Assembly (NCBI GenBank): GCA_963555755.3
Contig: OY820905.2
Coordinates: 928,001-992,000 of the forward strand
DNA length: 64,000 nt
Direction: 5' to 3'
Origin: Nitrospirales bacterium
Lineage (GTDB): Bacteria; Nitrospirota; Nitrospiria; Nitrospirales; UBA8639
The position numbers were made by a program, and so were the translations under genes. Shown piece by piece: positions 1-10,318 of the stretch. The notes under the pieces were generated by a model. The model worked only from the letters and a program-made list of their open reading frames with translations, was not told where the DNA came from and searched no databases. How positions within the stretch are numbered: the first letter of the stretch is position 1; each line of letters begins with the position of its first letter.

Positions 1-2
1 AC

Positions 3-461
3 TTGTCAACCGCCACTACCGACGGCCAACCATATATCCAGCACCGTGGCGGCCCGAAAGGCTTTCTCAAAGTGCTCGATGACCACACGTTGGCCTTCGC
101 CGACTTCGCAGGGAATCGACAGTACATCACCGCCGGCAACCTCGCCGAGAACAATAAAGCGTTCATCTTTTTGATGGATTACGCCAACCGCCAACGGATC
201 AAAATTTGGGGCACGGCGGAAGTGTTAAAAAACGATCCAACACTCTTGAATACATGGAATGATCCCAACTACAAAGGCCAACCCGAACGGGTGATCCGCT
301 TCCACGTGGAAGCCTGGGACGTCAATTGTCCACAACACATCAAACCGAGATACGATGAAGAGGAAGTGTCAGAGATGTTGCAGAAATTGAATGCTCGTAT
401 TGCAGAACTTGAAGCTGTGAATGATACCTTAACAAATAAGATTTTGGCTGAAACCATATAG
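3..461 (+). CDS. Pyridoxamine 5'-phosphate oxidase-like FMN-binding protein (5' end outside window)
   Basis: PYIQHRGGPKGFL...FADFAGNRQYIT and EAWDVNCPQHI motifs; coiled-coil C-terminus. Confidence 0.85.
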   Translation: MSTATTDGQPYIQHRGGPKGFLKVLDDHTLAFADFAGNRQYITAGNLAENNKAFIFLMDYANRQRIKIWGTAEVLKNDPTLLNTWNDPNYKGQPERVIRFHVEAWDVNCPQHIKPRYDEEEVSEMLQKLNARIAELEAVNDTLTNKILAETI

Positions 462-486
462 CCCTAAATGTCGTAGAGTTTTGTTA

Positions 487-627
487 GGGCACCTCTAAAA
501 ACCGTCCTTTTCCGTGATGGCGGCGTCAGCCGCGTGCTCACATCCTCATGTATTCGCCCATACACTCCGGTTTTCCGCGCGCGGCTTCCTTGCCCTCACA
601 AAAAATGCCGGGTTTTTAGAGGTACCA
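487..627. mobile_element. MITE family A (141 bp), copy 1
   Basis: TIR GGGCACCTCTAAAAACC, slightly degenerate right end; GTTA duplicated on both flanks; copies at 1428 and 35143. Confidence 0.85.
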
Positions 628-695
628 GTTAGTTATTGCCATTGCAAAAGGAGACATAATTTTGTACACTTCGTGTATTAACAAAAGAGGGCCTC

Positions 696-962
696 ATGAA
701 CAAAACCATTCCTTTAAAAGAAGCTCGCCAAAATTTTTCCACATTAGTCGATCGCGTAGATCGGCTCTCTGAACGATTTGTGGTCACAAAAAATGGTACT
801 CCCAGAGCAGTTTTGATGAGTGCGGAAGAATTTGAGAGTTGGGTTGAAACGCTTGAAATCATGTCCAACCCGAAAACGGTCAAAGCCCTAAACCAAGGAA
901 TAAAAGAAGCCAAAGCGAAAAAACTTTCCTCCTTTAAGGACGTGTTTGGCGAAGGGCAGTGA
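696..962 (+). CDS. Phd/YefM-family antitoxin
   Basis: EARQNFSTLV...VTKNGTPRAVLMS motif; overlaps downstream toxin by 4 nt. Confidence 0.9.
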   Translation: MNKTIPLKEARQNFSTLVDRVDRLSERFVVTKNGTPRAVLMSAEEFESWVETLEIMSNPKTVKALNQGIKEAKAKKLSSFKDVFGEGQ

Positions 963-1213
963 AAAAAATTCGCCTCACACCTCAGGCTCAAAAAGACCTT
1001 AAAACATTCGAGCCAAACACCATCACAAAAATCAAAGAAGCCCTCCGTCACCTGGCCCATTACCCGATCGACGGCAAGCCCCTCAAAGGAAAGTACAAAA
1101 AAGAAAAGGTACGGTCTTACCGGATCTGGCCCTACCGAATTCTGTACCGTCTTGTCGGCGCTGAATGGCTCGATGTGTTGGCCATTGAACACCGGAAAGA
1201 CGTGTATCGCTAA
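959..1213 (+). CDS. RelE/ParE-family toxin
   Basis: Basic 84-aa protein with GKPLKG, YRILY and C-terminal HRKDVYR. Confidence 0.9.
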   Translation: MKKIRLTPQAQKDLKTFEPNTITKIKEALRHLAHYPIDGKPLKGKYKKEKVRSYRIWPYRILYRLVGAEWLDVLAIEHRKDVYR

Positions 1214-1427
1214 CTCTACTTCCGAATCCCCCCCCTCCAAGCATGAAAGTACTCGATGACCGCACACTGGCCTTTGCTGACTTCGTAGGCAATCGACAAT
1301 GTATCACCGCCGGCAACTTCGCCGAGAACGATAAAGCGTTTATCTTTTTGATGGATTGCCCGAATCGCCAGCGGACCAAAATCTGAGGCAGAGCGGAAGT
1401 CGTGGAAAATGAACCGGAATTATTAAA

Positions 1428-1568
1428 GGGCACCTCTAAAAACCAGGCATTTTTTGTGAGGGCAAGGAAGCCGCGCGTGGAAAACCGGAGTGTATGGGCG
1501 AATACATGAGGATGTGAGCACGCGGCTGACGCCGCCATCACGGAAAAGGACGGTTTTTAGAGGTGCCC
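1428..1568. mobile_element. MITE family A, copy 2 (inverted)
   Basis: TIRs GGGCACCTCTAAAAACC; 4-bp TSD TAAA. Confidence 0.9.
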
Positions 1569-1708
1569 TAAATCTAGATATTCCCCCTAGCTCTGCTACG
1601 CGGGTATCATTATAGAAAATGCGATCAACTTTCATCTGAATGCCCCGCTGCTTGCGGCGAGGATCTTTATTGAAATAAACCTAGAAACAGCAGTTGGATC
1701 ACATCTCA

Positions 1709-1971
1709 GGGCCCGTCACGAAATAACCGGGACAATTGGCCGAGACGATTTTGGAGCGAGCCAAGGAGCGAAGAGCGCGCATACCGGGAGTATGGAAGCG
1801 ATGAGCGACGCCGGCGCAGCCCAAAAGCGTCCGGCCCTCCGGGGAGGCCCATCTTTGGCCCGGGGCAGCGTTGCTCCTCGGTCACAGAGCCCCGCTAGGC
1901 TCCCTCGTCGCGCCTTGCCCCAATCACAAATCTGGGCCTCCCAATTGTCCCGGTTATTTCGTGACGGACCC
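1709..1971. mobile_element. MITE family D
   Basis: ~31-bp TIR GGG(C/T)CCGTCACGAAATAACCGGGACAATTGG; TCA/TAA flanks. Confidence 0.85.
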
Positions 1972-2013
1972 TAAGCGCACCTGGCAAAAGAAAAAATGTC
2001 TCATCACCACTAA

Positions 2014-2170
2014 GGGTTCGTGCAACAATAACTTTCCCTGTTTGGGTGCTGAGACACCTGTCTGGCAAGGCGCGAGGACTGCGCATACTCCTCGTATGGA
2101 AAGGACGAGCAACGCCGCCAGACGGGATGGATCGACGCCCAAACAGGGAAAGTTATTGTTGCACGAGCCC
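2014..2170. mobile_element. MITE family B (157 bp)
   Basis: Long TIR GGG(T/C)TCGTGCAACAATAACTTTCCCTGTTTGGG; TAA TSD; five copies in window. Confidence 0.9.
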
Positions 2171-2617
2171 TAAGGTGACCACGACTTTTTGTATTTCACC
2201 ATGCACACCAATATCTTACACGTCTTTTTTGCGTCCAACTGCCGTTTCTAGGTTAAACATCCGAGCTACAAAGGTAGACCCGAACGCGTTATTCGATTCC
2301 AGCAAAAGGCTGGAATGTCAATTATCCACAACACATCAAACCGAGATACCATGAAGAGGATGTGGCTCAGGTTGTTCAGAAGTTTAAAAATCGCATTGCT
2401 GAACTTGAAACAGAAAACGAAGCGCTATGCAGAGAGGCTCAAGGTGTTTCCCTTCCAGGGGTCAAATGAGGTCAGACCGGGTTGGTCCCGGTCTGACCGA
2501 CATCGTGAAAGGTATACAACTCAGGAAGGCGGTGCGCCGTGAGACTGAGGGTGTCCGTCATATGGCTCTCTACCCGCATTCGCAGAGGATCCCGGGCTTT
2601 CCATTTTTTTCAATTTT

Positions 2618-3883
2618 CTAATGCCGTACGGCAATGCCGTGGGGATCGGCTGTTTCTTTTCCCTTCTTCATATTAGAAACTTTAACTATGCCGGCGATTT
2701 CTCCGTTCCGACCGCCATGGGTCACCTTTATCACCATAATCCCCGGTGTTGATCCCTTCGCGTTGTTCACTCCCTTATTATTTCCAGTCAACGGGTGAAT
2801 TCCTCGCATATTCGTGAATACGTAGCTATTGTCGAGAGACACCCCAATGAGATCAGGGGCAGGGTCCTGACTATGAGAGCCTACGAGGTTGATCAATCCC
2901 ACACTCAAATTTGTCACCGTATCAATTATTTCAATTTTGTTTCCTGCACGGTCCACGACCCACAGATATTCCCCAACCCCCACCATACCGTGGGAGTCTG
3001 CAAACATGGTATCCCGTGTACTGACCAATTTGGCGGATACTGATCCTGGCAGTCCACTCATATTGATTGCGTACACGTCATACGCTAGCGGAGCCACTGG
3101 CCACCCACCTCCTGAATTAACGTACATGGTATCGCCAACTTGAGTGCCTCCACAGCCCCCGGGATTTATTTGTCTGTTGGTTAATGAGGCAACCACTTTC
3201 ATGGGAGTTTCTTTGACATTCACTACCAAGAGCCCACCACCACGCAATGTGACAAAGGCATAAGTACTGGTGCTTTCAGTAATTGGACAGATGGGGGCGT
3301 TGTCTGGACGCTCGCCTGTTTGCATTGCTTTGAGGTTTAACACGTCATGTTGCTTGTCAAAACCAAATTTTTTCGAAGAATAATCCGTCCAAATCCGTAC
3401 AAAGGTTTTCTCCTTGATATTTGCGGCAATAGCCATTTTCTGATCAGGGGTCGGCCAGGCCGCGTGCACGTTCTTCCCTACCGAGATACATCCTATCGGT
3501 GTTTTGGAAGCAGTATCCATAAACAGCACCTGCCCTGTCAGGAAGGAAATGACGGCATAGTGTTGGTCTTTGGTAAAAAAGACCATGTGAGGGCGTCGAA
3601 CCGCTTTTCCCGTTTCCTTCTTGCAAAAGGCATTGATCGCGCCGCTCAAGTCAATTTTATGGGTGGGCTGGGATTGTCCTACGTTGCTGGCTAATTGGGC
3701 TCCATCGAAGACGTAAAGATACCCACCACTTTTTTCCGCGGTATCCGATTGGTCTGTCAGCCAGACCTCATAGGCGTGTACTGGGGAGAAGCATAGAGTC
3801 ATGCCTAGAAAGATGAAGAGAAGATGAAGGTGCAAATTTTTTAATCCACGATTCGAGCTAACAAGTTTTACGCTGTTTTTCAT
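2618..3883 (-). CDS. Secreted beta-propeller (YncE-like) protein
   Basis: Signal peptide ending VHA; repeated His-containing blades (RRPHM, NVHAAW, DSHGM, DPHGIAVR). Confidence 0.6.
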   Translation of the reverse strand: MKNSVKLVSSNRGLKNLHLHLLFIFLGMTLCFSPVHAYEVWLTDQSDTAEKSGGYLYVFDGAQLASNVGQSQPTHKIDLSGAINAFCKKETGKAVRRPHMVFFTKDQHYAVISFLTGQVLFMDTASKTPIGCISVGKNVHAAWPTPDQKMAIAANIKEKTFVRIWTDYSSKKFGFDKQHDVLNLKAMQTGERPDNAPICPITESTSTYAFVTLRGGGLLVVNVKETPMKVVASLTNRQINPGGCGGTQVGDTMYVNSGGGWPVAPLAYDVYAINMSGLPGSVSAKLVSTRDTMFADSHGMVGVGEYLWVVDRAGNKIEIIDTVTNLSVGLINLVGSHSQDPAPDLIGVSLDNSYVFTNMRGIHPLTGNNKGVNNAKGSTPGIMVIKVTHGGRNGEIAGIVKVSNMKKGKETADPHGIAVRH

Positions 3884-4054
3884 ACTGACCTCCTTATTAT
3901 TTATCTCTCCTCAAACTGCACTCAGCAGGTTTGCAGTTGAGTTCACCCTGGGTTAACCTTATCAAGCAAGACCTCAACACTACAATGGGGTCTCAGCCAT
4001 AACCTTCTTGCCAATTGTGCGCCCCTTCACGGTGTTGGTCAAACCAGGGCCTCC

Positions 4055-4636
4055 TCAGTTGGGAGCTAATCGTTGGCAGAACACCTCCACAGTTTTTTTA
4101 AAAAGAAATAAGGCCGTATCTTGTGGTGAAGCTGCGACAGCATGTTCTGCGGCATCCTGAATTTCTGAAACGGTCACGACAAATTTATTAGCAACAAATT
4201 CAGCATCGCCTAAATCTTGGTCAGTCCCCCGCCGCAGTTTGGCAATGACAAAATCCCCCGGTCCTAAGAGGCGCAAAGTTAGGCCTGGCTCCTGATGAAA
4301 AACAGTTGTCCTCTCCCGGTATCCAGGGGGCATCGCCACGACGGACCAACCTGACATATTTTCTCCAAGATCTGCTGGCACATGCCGTTTTTGGAGAAAC
4401 GTCACAAGAGGATTTAACTCACCGACCAATTCCCCATCGACATCTATCGTCACCCGATCAGTAAATCCATACGCCTGAAGGGCCAGTCCGCCCACGAGAA
4501 TGAGGTCAACAGGGGCTCCAGTTTCCTGAACGTATTGAGTTAACTCTTGGATGATCTGATTAACTGTGAGGGGCGACAAAACGAAGAGCCTCCGCAAACG
4601 TCCGATATTCTCGAAAGTCAATGGGACCGGCATCAT
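4055..4636 (-). CDS. DUF6036-like nucleotidyltransferase (true start probably near 4579)
   Basis: LVGGLAL...RVTIDVD nucleotidyltransferase motif; KLRRG..QDLGD. Confidence 0.7.
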   Translation of the reverse strand: MMPVPLTFENIGRLRRLFVLSPLTVNQIIQELTQYVQETGAPVDLILVGGLALQAYGFTDRVTIDVDGELVGELNPLVTFLQKRHVPADLGENMSGWSVVAMPPGYRERTTVFHQEPGLTLRLLGPGDFVIAKLRRGTDQDLGDAEFVANKFVVTVSEIQDAAEHAVAASPQDTALFLFKKTVEVFCQRLAPN

Positions 4637-4898
4637 GGGGGAGAGGAGTTCGAGAGAGCATGGCGTTCAGAACACTGCGGTAAGTGGTATACCACCGACA
4701 GGCTTTGGAATAGGCTTCTTGCACTTCAGGTCGATCTTTCCACACCGTGAGATCCAATTGCTCGTTGACTAGAATTTCTAGCCACAGCAATCGAGCAGCC
4801 CTAGGGACTTGAAGCGCTTCCTCAATGGTTTCCACGCCGGCATACGCGGAAAGCAGTGTCAATTTCGATGATGAGACGCGATCTGTTTGATTGTTCAT
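4560..4898 (-). CDS. Small hypothetical partner of the nucleotidyltransferase (putative TA pair)
   Basis: 112-aa ORF directly upstream of and overlapping the nucleotidyltransferase. Confidence 0.55.
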   Translation of the reverse strand: MNNQTDRVSSSKLTLLSAYAGVETIEEALQVPRAARLLWLEILVNEQLDLTVWKDRPEVQEAYSKACRWYTTYRSVLNAMLSRTPLPHDAGPIDFREYRTFAEALRFVAPHS

Positions 4899-4957
4899 AA
4901 GGAAAGTGTAGGGAATCCTCGCCATCGAAGCAAGGCAACGATTGTTCAAAGATTGAC

Positions 4958-5977
4958 CTATATTCTTCTCGCTAAATACAATTCCACGGTTTTCCGAATG
5001 CCGGTCTCGAACTCATGGGTTGGCTGCCAACCCAATTCATTCTGAATTTTTCGTGAATCGATGGCGTAACGCCAGTCATGGCCTGGTCGATCGGTGACGA
5101 AACTGATCAACTGCAAAAACTTCTCTTCTTTTTTCGCTGTCAAGTCAGCCACCGTTCGACACAGTATTTTTGCAATCTCAAGGTTACTCCAGTTATTCGT
5201 GCCCCCAATATTGTAGGTCTCCCCGATTCTCCCGTTTTCAATAACCTTCCAGACCCCGACACAATGATCTTCGACATACAGCCAATCGCGCACATTCGAT
5301 CCATCCCCGTACACGGGAATCGGTTGGCCATTGAGACACGAACGTATCACGGTAGGAATAAATTTCTCTTGGTGTTGATACGGGCCGTAATTGTTTGAAC
5401 AGTTGGTCGTCGTCGTGGGCAATTGATAGGTATGTTGATAGGCACGCACTAAATGATCAGCGGCCGCTTTACTTGCGGAATACGGTGAGTTCGGCGCATA
5501 GGGTGTGGTCTCAGTAAACGGTGGATCATCAGGCCCCAGCGTTCCATAGACCTCGTCGGTTGAAATGTGATGAAATCGACAACGAGCGTCATCCCAACGT
5601 TTTTCGTCTAACCAAAACTTACGCGCTTCCTCTAATAAGGTAAATGTTCCCTGGACGTTGGTTTGAATAAAAACTCCAGGACCAGCAATCGCCCGATCCA
5701 CATGCGATTCCGCGGCAAAATGAACCATCGTGTCAATTTCGTATTTCCGCAAAAGCGACTGCACCAAATCCTGATCACAAATATCCCCTTGCACAAAGAC
5801 ATGCCGATCAGAATCCCAGACGTCTTCAAGATTGTTCCGCGACCCGGCGTAGGTTAAGGCATCGAGATTGATGACGTTCACCGATGAATCGGCTTGTAAC
5901 GCATAGCGAACGAAGTGGGAGCCGATGAATCCAGCTCCTCCCGTGACTAAGATGGAGTGTGGAGTAAACCGGGACAT
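4958..5977 (-). CDS. rmlB: dTDP-glucose 4,6-dehydratase
   Basis: GGAGFIGS, HFAAESHVDR, STDEVYG, YSASK motifs; start trimmed to MSRF. Confidence 0.95.
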   Translation of the reverse strand: MSRFTPHSILVTGGAGFIGSHFVRYALQADSSVNVINLDALTYAGSRNNLEDVWDSDRHVFVQGDICDQDLVQSLLRKYEIDTMVHFAAESHVDRAIAGPGVFIQTNVQGTFTLLEEARKFWLDEKRWDDARCRFHHISTDEVYGTLGPDDPPFTETTPYAPNSPYSASKAAADHLVRAYQHTYQLPTTTTNCSNNYGPYQHQEKFIPTVIRSCLNGQPIPVYGDGSNVRDWLYVEDHCVGVWKVIENGRIGETYNIGGTNNWSNLEIAKILCRTVADLTAKKEEKFLQLISFVTDRPGHDWRYAIDSRKIQNELGWQPTHEFETGIRKTVELYLARRI

Positions 5978-6852
5978 GCCAAAAGCTCCTTGAGGCATTG
6001 CTGCATACTGTCTTGCCATTGAGGCGTCTGGAGACCAAAAGATTGTTGAATTTTTGAACAATCAAGAACGGAATAGGCGGGCCGCTTAGCCAAGGTGGGA
6101 TAGTCCTCAGTACGAATAGGGATAACGCCTTCAACCCGGAATGTCGAAATTTCTTGAGCCTCCTTGATAATGGCTTGCGCAAATCCATACCAGGTGGTTT
6201 CGCCGGCTCCACAGAAATGATAGGTCCCCCACGGAATCTCTTTGTCATCGCGGATCTTTTGCACGATGACAACCAAAGCTGAGGCGACGTCTTTCGCCCA
6301 CGTGGGGCACCCCCATTGATCATTGACAATTCGCAATGCCTGAGTCTCCTTGGCTTTTGTCAAAATCGTCTTCAAAAAGTTTCGCCCATAGAGGCTATAC
6401 AACCACGCAGTACGAATTATGACATGTTGAGGGTGGCATTGCCTGATCAACTCTTCTCCCTCCCACTTGCTTTGTCCGTACACGCCAAGGGGCAAAGCTC
6501 GATCGTCTTCTCGATACGGGCGAGGGCTTTTCCCATCAAACACAAAGTCGGTTGAGAGGTGTATGAAAGAAATGCCAAGACGATGGGCATTTTCACCAAG
6601 GCATTTCACCCCATCCCGATTCGTCGCAAAGGCCTGCTCAGGATCGGATTCGGCGTGGTCAACGGCCGTATACGCGGCAGCATTGATGATCACCGACGGT
6701 TGATCATGAAGAAGGACTTCCCGAATCGTGTCGGGTTTGCACAAATCGATTTCAGGACGACCTTTGCACACCACATCAAACCCGGCTGTACGGAAGCATC
6801 CGTATAACTCCTGAGCAAGCATGCCCTGTTTGCCGATGACGAGGATCTTCAC
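5947..6852 (-). CDS. rmlD: dTDP-4-dehydrorhamnose reductase
   Basis: NAAAYTAVD, STDFVFDG, YGQSK motifs. Confidence 0.95.
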   Translation of the reverse strand: MKILVIGKQGMLAQELYGCFRTAGFDVVCKGRPEIDLCKPDTIREVLLHDQPSVIINAAAYTAVDHAESDPEQAFATNRDGVKCLGENAHRLGISFIHLSTDFVFDGKSPRPYREDDRALPLGVYGQSKWEGEELIRQCHPQHVIIRTAWLYSLYGRNFLKTILTKAKETQALRIVNDQWGCPTWAKDVASALVVIVQKIRDDKEIPWGTYHFCGAGETTWYGFAQAIIKEAQEISTFRVEGVIPIRTEDYPTLAKRPAYSVLDCSKIQQSFGLQTPQWQDSMQQCLKELLACPGLLHTPS

Positions 6853-7412
6853 AAAGAAACTTCAAACAGCGGGAGATTGGTTTTGGAGACATCGCTGAGA
6901 CTTGGCAAGGCTTGATCTTTTTCCGAAACCGTGGGATCAGATATTGGCCATGCAATATGTACCGTCTCATCATCCCATCGAATGCCGTATTCATCGTTGG
7001 GTTCATAAAAGTCCGTACACAAATACTGCACATCGGCGATTTCGGACAGCACACCATAGCCGTGAGCAAAACCTGGAGGGGTGTACAGTTGCCAATGGTT
7101 ATCCTCTGACAACACTTCGCCAATCCATTGTCCAAAGGTTGGTGAACCCACCCGAAGATCCACCACCACATCGAAGATTTGGCCCCTGGTCACCCAGATC
7201 AATTTTCCTTGCGGGTGCTTCAGTTGATAATGCAACCCGCGCACCACACCGTGTTGTGACTGAGCAAAATTTGACTGAACAAACGGACCGGGAATATCAG
7301 CTTTTTGATAGCGGTTCGCCTGCCATGTTTCGATAAACATCCCACGTGCATCACCAAACACCCGTGGCTCAATACGCATCACTCCAGGCAACGCGGTTTC
7401 AACAATCTTCAT
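6849..7412 (-). CDS. rmlC: dTDP-4-dehydrorhamnose 3,5-epimerase
   Basis: FGDARG, RGLHYQ, PGFAHG motifs. Confidence 0.95.
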   Translation of the reverse strand: MKIVETALPGVMRIEPRVFGDARGMFIETWQANRYQKADIPGPFVQSNFAQSQHGVVRGLHYQLKHPQGKLIWVTRGQIFDVVVDLRVGSPTFGQWIGEVLSEDNHWQLYTPPGFAHGYGVLSEIADVQYLCTDFYEPNDEYGIRWDDETVHIAWPISDPTVSEKDQALPSLSDVSKTNLPLFEVSL

Positions 7413-8293
7413 GGCCCCTCAGCACCTTTCGAAGGTATCAGGCGCCACACATATTCACCATAACTATTCCGTCCTATGTCATGCGCTAATCGATTCAGCT
7501 GCTCGGCATCAATGAAGCCCATGCGATACGCCACCTCTTCAACACAGGCAATTTTCAGTCCCTGCCGACTCTCTATCACTTCGATAAAATTTGCCGCCTC
7601 AAGCAACGACTCTGGCGTCCCCATATCCAACCAGGCCACACCGCGGCCCCAGAGTATCACCCGCAATAGACCCTGCTCTAAATATGTTCGGTTGACATCC
7701 GTAATTTCCAACTCTCCTCTCGCCGAAGGTTGTAACCCCGCCGCGATATCGACCACGTGATTATCATAAAAATACAAACCGGTCACCGCATAATTGGACT
7801 TAGGGTGAAGTGGCTTTTCCTCTAACCCAACGGCTCGACCTTCGGCATCCAATTCCACGGTCCCATACCGTTCAGGATCTTTCACCAAATATCCAAACAC
7901 CGTGGCGCCTTCTTTTTCTTGCGCTTCTTGTTGGAGGATTGATGATAAGCCATGACCATAGAAAATGTTGTCGCCCAAGATGAGTGAGACACTATCCTGC
8001 CCAATGAACTCTTTACCGATGATAAACGCCTGCGCCAACCCTTCCGGATGGGGCTGTTCAGCATACGAAAGGTCCAAGCCCCACTGCTGGCCATCTTTCA
8101 ACAACTGACGAAACAACGGCAAATGTTCGGGGGTACCAATAATCAAAATTTCGCGAATACCCGCAAGCATCAAGGTCGAAAGCGGGTAATAGATCATCGG
8201 CTTGTCATACACCGGCAAGATCTGTTTACTGATTGCGCTAGTGAGCGGATAGAGACGACTCCCAGACCCACCAGCGAGAATAATGCCTTTCAT
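7409..8293 (-). CDS. rmlA: Glucose-1-phosphate thymidylyltransferase
   Basis: [24 protein letters not shown] motifs. Confidence 0.95.
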   Translation of the reverse strand: MKGIILAGGSGSRLYPLTSAISKQILPVYDKPMIYYPLSTLMLAGIREILIIGTPEHLPLFRQLLKDGQQWGLDLSYAEQPHPEGLAQAFIIGKEFIGQDSVSLILGDNIFYGHGLSSILQQEAQEKEGATVFGYLVKDPERYGTVELDAEGRAVGLEEKPLHPKSNYAVTGLYFYDNHVVDIAAGLQPSARGELEITDVNRTYLEQGLLRVILWGRGVAWLDMGTPESLLEAANFIEVIESRQGLKIACVEEVAYRMGFIDAEQLNRLAHDIGRNSYGEYVWRLIPSKGAEGP

Positions 8294-8387
8294 TTTTCTA
8301 TTCTCCGCCTACAGCCTCCGGATGGCAACAAGTGTAGATCTACCCATCGGATGGGTTTTGATTCTATGAAAGGGGTCATCACCATCT

Positions 8388-10037
8388 TTATAATTTGCTC
8401 GCACGAGCCAACACGATTTTTCGTTTCCCCCGGTTGAAGTGGCGTAATCGCTCTACATGAAACTCCAAGTGAGCCTCTTCGAATTTGGCGAACTGTTTAG
8501 GTGTCAAAAAAAACACAACCTCCCCTTTTTGGTCAACCAGGTCCCGAAGATCTTTTGAAGCCTGATCAAAGTCTTTTTGCCATCCAATAATACCAGCCCC
8601 GGAATGCCGATACTGCCAATAATACAAATCCTCGTCACCCCGCCAACCCCAATGCTGAAACGCCAGAATGGGTTCATCAGGATTGGGCAGCAACGCTCTC
8701 GTTTCCTGAAACATCGCCCTGGGAGAAGCCGCAACATCCATGGCCGGCAATAGAAATCCAATAACACCAAACATCCATCCAGCCGCAAGAACCCCTAATC
8801 CCTTCACCGCCATGTGGATGCGGGAAGACACAACTTGCCAGAAGAGCCACGCACTTAACGCGATCATCACTCCAGTATAGAGTAAAGGGAACACATCCGT
8901 TGATACGCCCCGCAGCCACTCTAATAAATAGGGGCCGCCAATGAGGCCCACCACATTCACCACACAAAACACCCCGAGCAACACCTTCAACAATCGTTCC
9001 CATGGAATGTTTCGCCCAGATGTCGAAAAGATAGAATGATAAAAATATCCAATCGCCAAACCCATCGGCGGAACGATCGGCAACAAATACCGTTCGGTTT
9101 TTCCATGTGCCAGACTAAAGGCAACAAAGTAGGCCAGAATCCAAACCAACAGAAACAGTTCTTTGGATCTTGGACCAAAGGGCCTTACAGACCACAACAA
9201 CACCAGGCTAGAAGGAATCAACACTGACCAAGGGAAAAAATCAAACCACATGACAATCACATAATAGTAAAACGGTTGATTCCCAACCGAAGGTTCAGCT
9301 ATTACTCGCTCTAAACTTTCCTTCAAGAAAAAATGCTCGCGAAACTCCGGACCTAACGCCCAATAATACGGCACAACCATGGACAGAAACACCACCAGCC
9401 CGAGGTAGAATGGCCATCGTCGAAACACACTCCAATCCCGCTGAAACCCGGAAAACACCAGAAGAACCAAACATGGTAACAAGAGTGCATGGATCGCTTT
9501 AAACATGCTCCCGATAGCCAGGCACATAAACCCCGCCACATACCACCCCGACTGCTTCTCAAGAAAAGTCGCCCGTGCCCAGCAATACAATCCCGCCGTC
9601 ATAAAAAAAGTCAGGCCAGGATCCATCAACACGAGACGCCCATACCAGTAAAAGAGATATGTGGTCGCCACGACCACGCCCGCCCAAAACCCAGCTAACG
9701 GGGAAAACAAGATCACACCCAAATGATAGGTCAGTAGCAGCGTCCCCAAACTGAACAACGACCCAGGAATCCGCAACGCCACTTCGAGGCTTCCGACAAC
9801 CGGAGCAAGATAGGTTGACGCCAGAGATTCCATCCAGAAAAACAACGGAGGTTTATTCAGATAGGTGTGGCCATATAAATTTAAGTGAAAGGGATTCTCT
9901 TGCGTAAACGTCTGGTCTATAATCGCGGCATACAACCCCTCATCTTCCACGAATAATGACACATCAAGATGTGCACATACGCCGAATAGGCCCAAAAGAA
10001 GAACCACGCAAAACTGGAGACCAACTTTATTTGCCAT
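8388..10037 (-). CDS. ArnT/PMT-family (GT-C) membrane glycosyltransferase
   Basis: DEGLY, KPPLFFW, RYLLP motifs; many transmembrane segments. Confidence 0.85.
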   Translation of the reverse strand: MANKVGLQFCVVLLLGLFGVCAHLDVSLFVEDEGLYAAIIDQTFTQENPFHLNLYGHTYLNKPPLFFWMESLASTYLAPVVGSLEVALRIPGSLFSLGTLLLTYHLGVILFSPLAGFWAGVVVATTYLFYWYGRLVLMDPGLTFFMTAGLYCWARATFLEKQSGWYVAGFMCLAIGSMFKAIHALLLPCLVLLVFSGFQRDWSVFRRWPFYLGLVVFLSMVVPYYWALGPEFREHFFLKESLERVIAEPSVGNQPFYYYVIVMWFDFFPWSVLIPSSLVLLWSVRPFGPRSKELFLLVWILAYFVAFSLAHGKTERYLLPIVPPMGLAIGYFYHSIFSTSGRNIPWERLLKVLLGVFCVVNVVGLIGGPYLLEWLRGVSTDVFPLLYTGVMIALSAWLFWQVVSSRIHMAVKGLGVLAAGWMFGVIGFLLPAMDVAASPRAMFQETRALLPNPDEPILAFQHWGWRGDEDLYYWQYRHSGAGIIGWQKDFDQASKDLRDLVDQKGEVVFFLTPKQFAKFEEAHLEFHVERLRHFNRGKRKIVLARASKL

Positions 10038-10104
10038 ATAAACAGACAGCCGTAATCAGTAAACCACAAACAGATAACATCTCGTCACAAGAAGAAAGCC
10101 TTCA

Positions 10105-10318
10105 GGGTCTGTTGAATATTTCGGGTCAAGGACCCATAGATGCTCCAGAAAAGACGGCTCACATCAGTGGGAGGGAATGTTCAAAAAAGCATGCCCTGAG
10201 TCTTTCCGAAGGGTCTATCCAGCAAGGCCGCAGCCCTTTTGACGCGCGGAGCGTACTCTCAGTACGTGAGCACGACAAAAGGGCGAGAACGCCGCTGGCG
10301 GCTTTTTTCAACATTCCC
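10105..10318. mobile_element. Composite MITE family C (214 bp)
   Basis: Ends GGGTCTGTTGAA / TTCAACATTCCC; second internal left end at 10173; 5-bp TSD CTTCA; same-length copy at 51942. Confidence 0.8.

Larger units (their letters stand above)
1680..2252. mobile_element. MITE family E carrying nested MITEs D and B
   Basis: Ends CCTAGAAAC...GTTTCTAGG; with the inserts removed, the body matches the 162-bp E copies apart from a short internal deletion. Confidence 0.85.
1243..2450 (+). pseudogene. Degenerate duplicate of the 3' part of the 3..461 gene, interrupted by stacked MITEs
   Basis: 1243-1427 and 2253-2450 align by eye with gene positions ~69-430; in-frame TGA at 1384 replaces a Trp codon. 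Confidence 0.85.

Noticed and set aside
629..1267. 212-aa minus-strand ORF
   Set aside because: Antisense shadow of the well-supported phd-relE pair
487..1568. Composite transposon of two inverted MITE A copies carrying the TA pair
   Set aside because: Each copy has its own TSD (GTTA and TAAA), indicating independent insertions
1792..2354. Recurrent short ORFs such as MLRHLSGKARG... (also near 41453 and 45117)
   Set aside because: They are translations of MITE sequence; recurrence reflects the DNA repeat, not protein conservation
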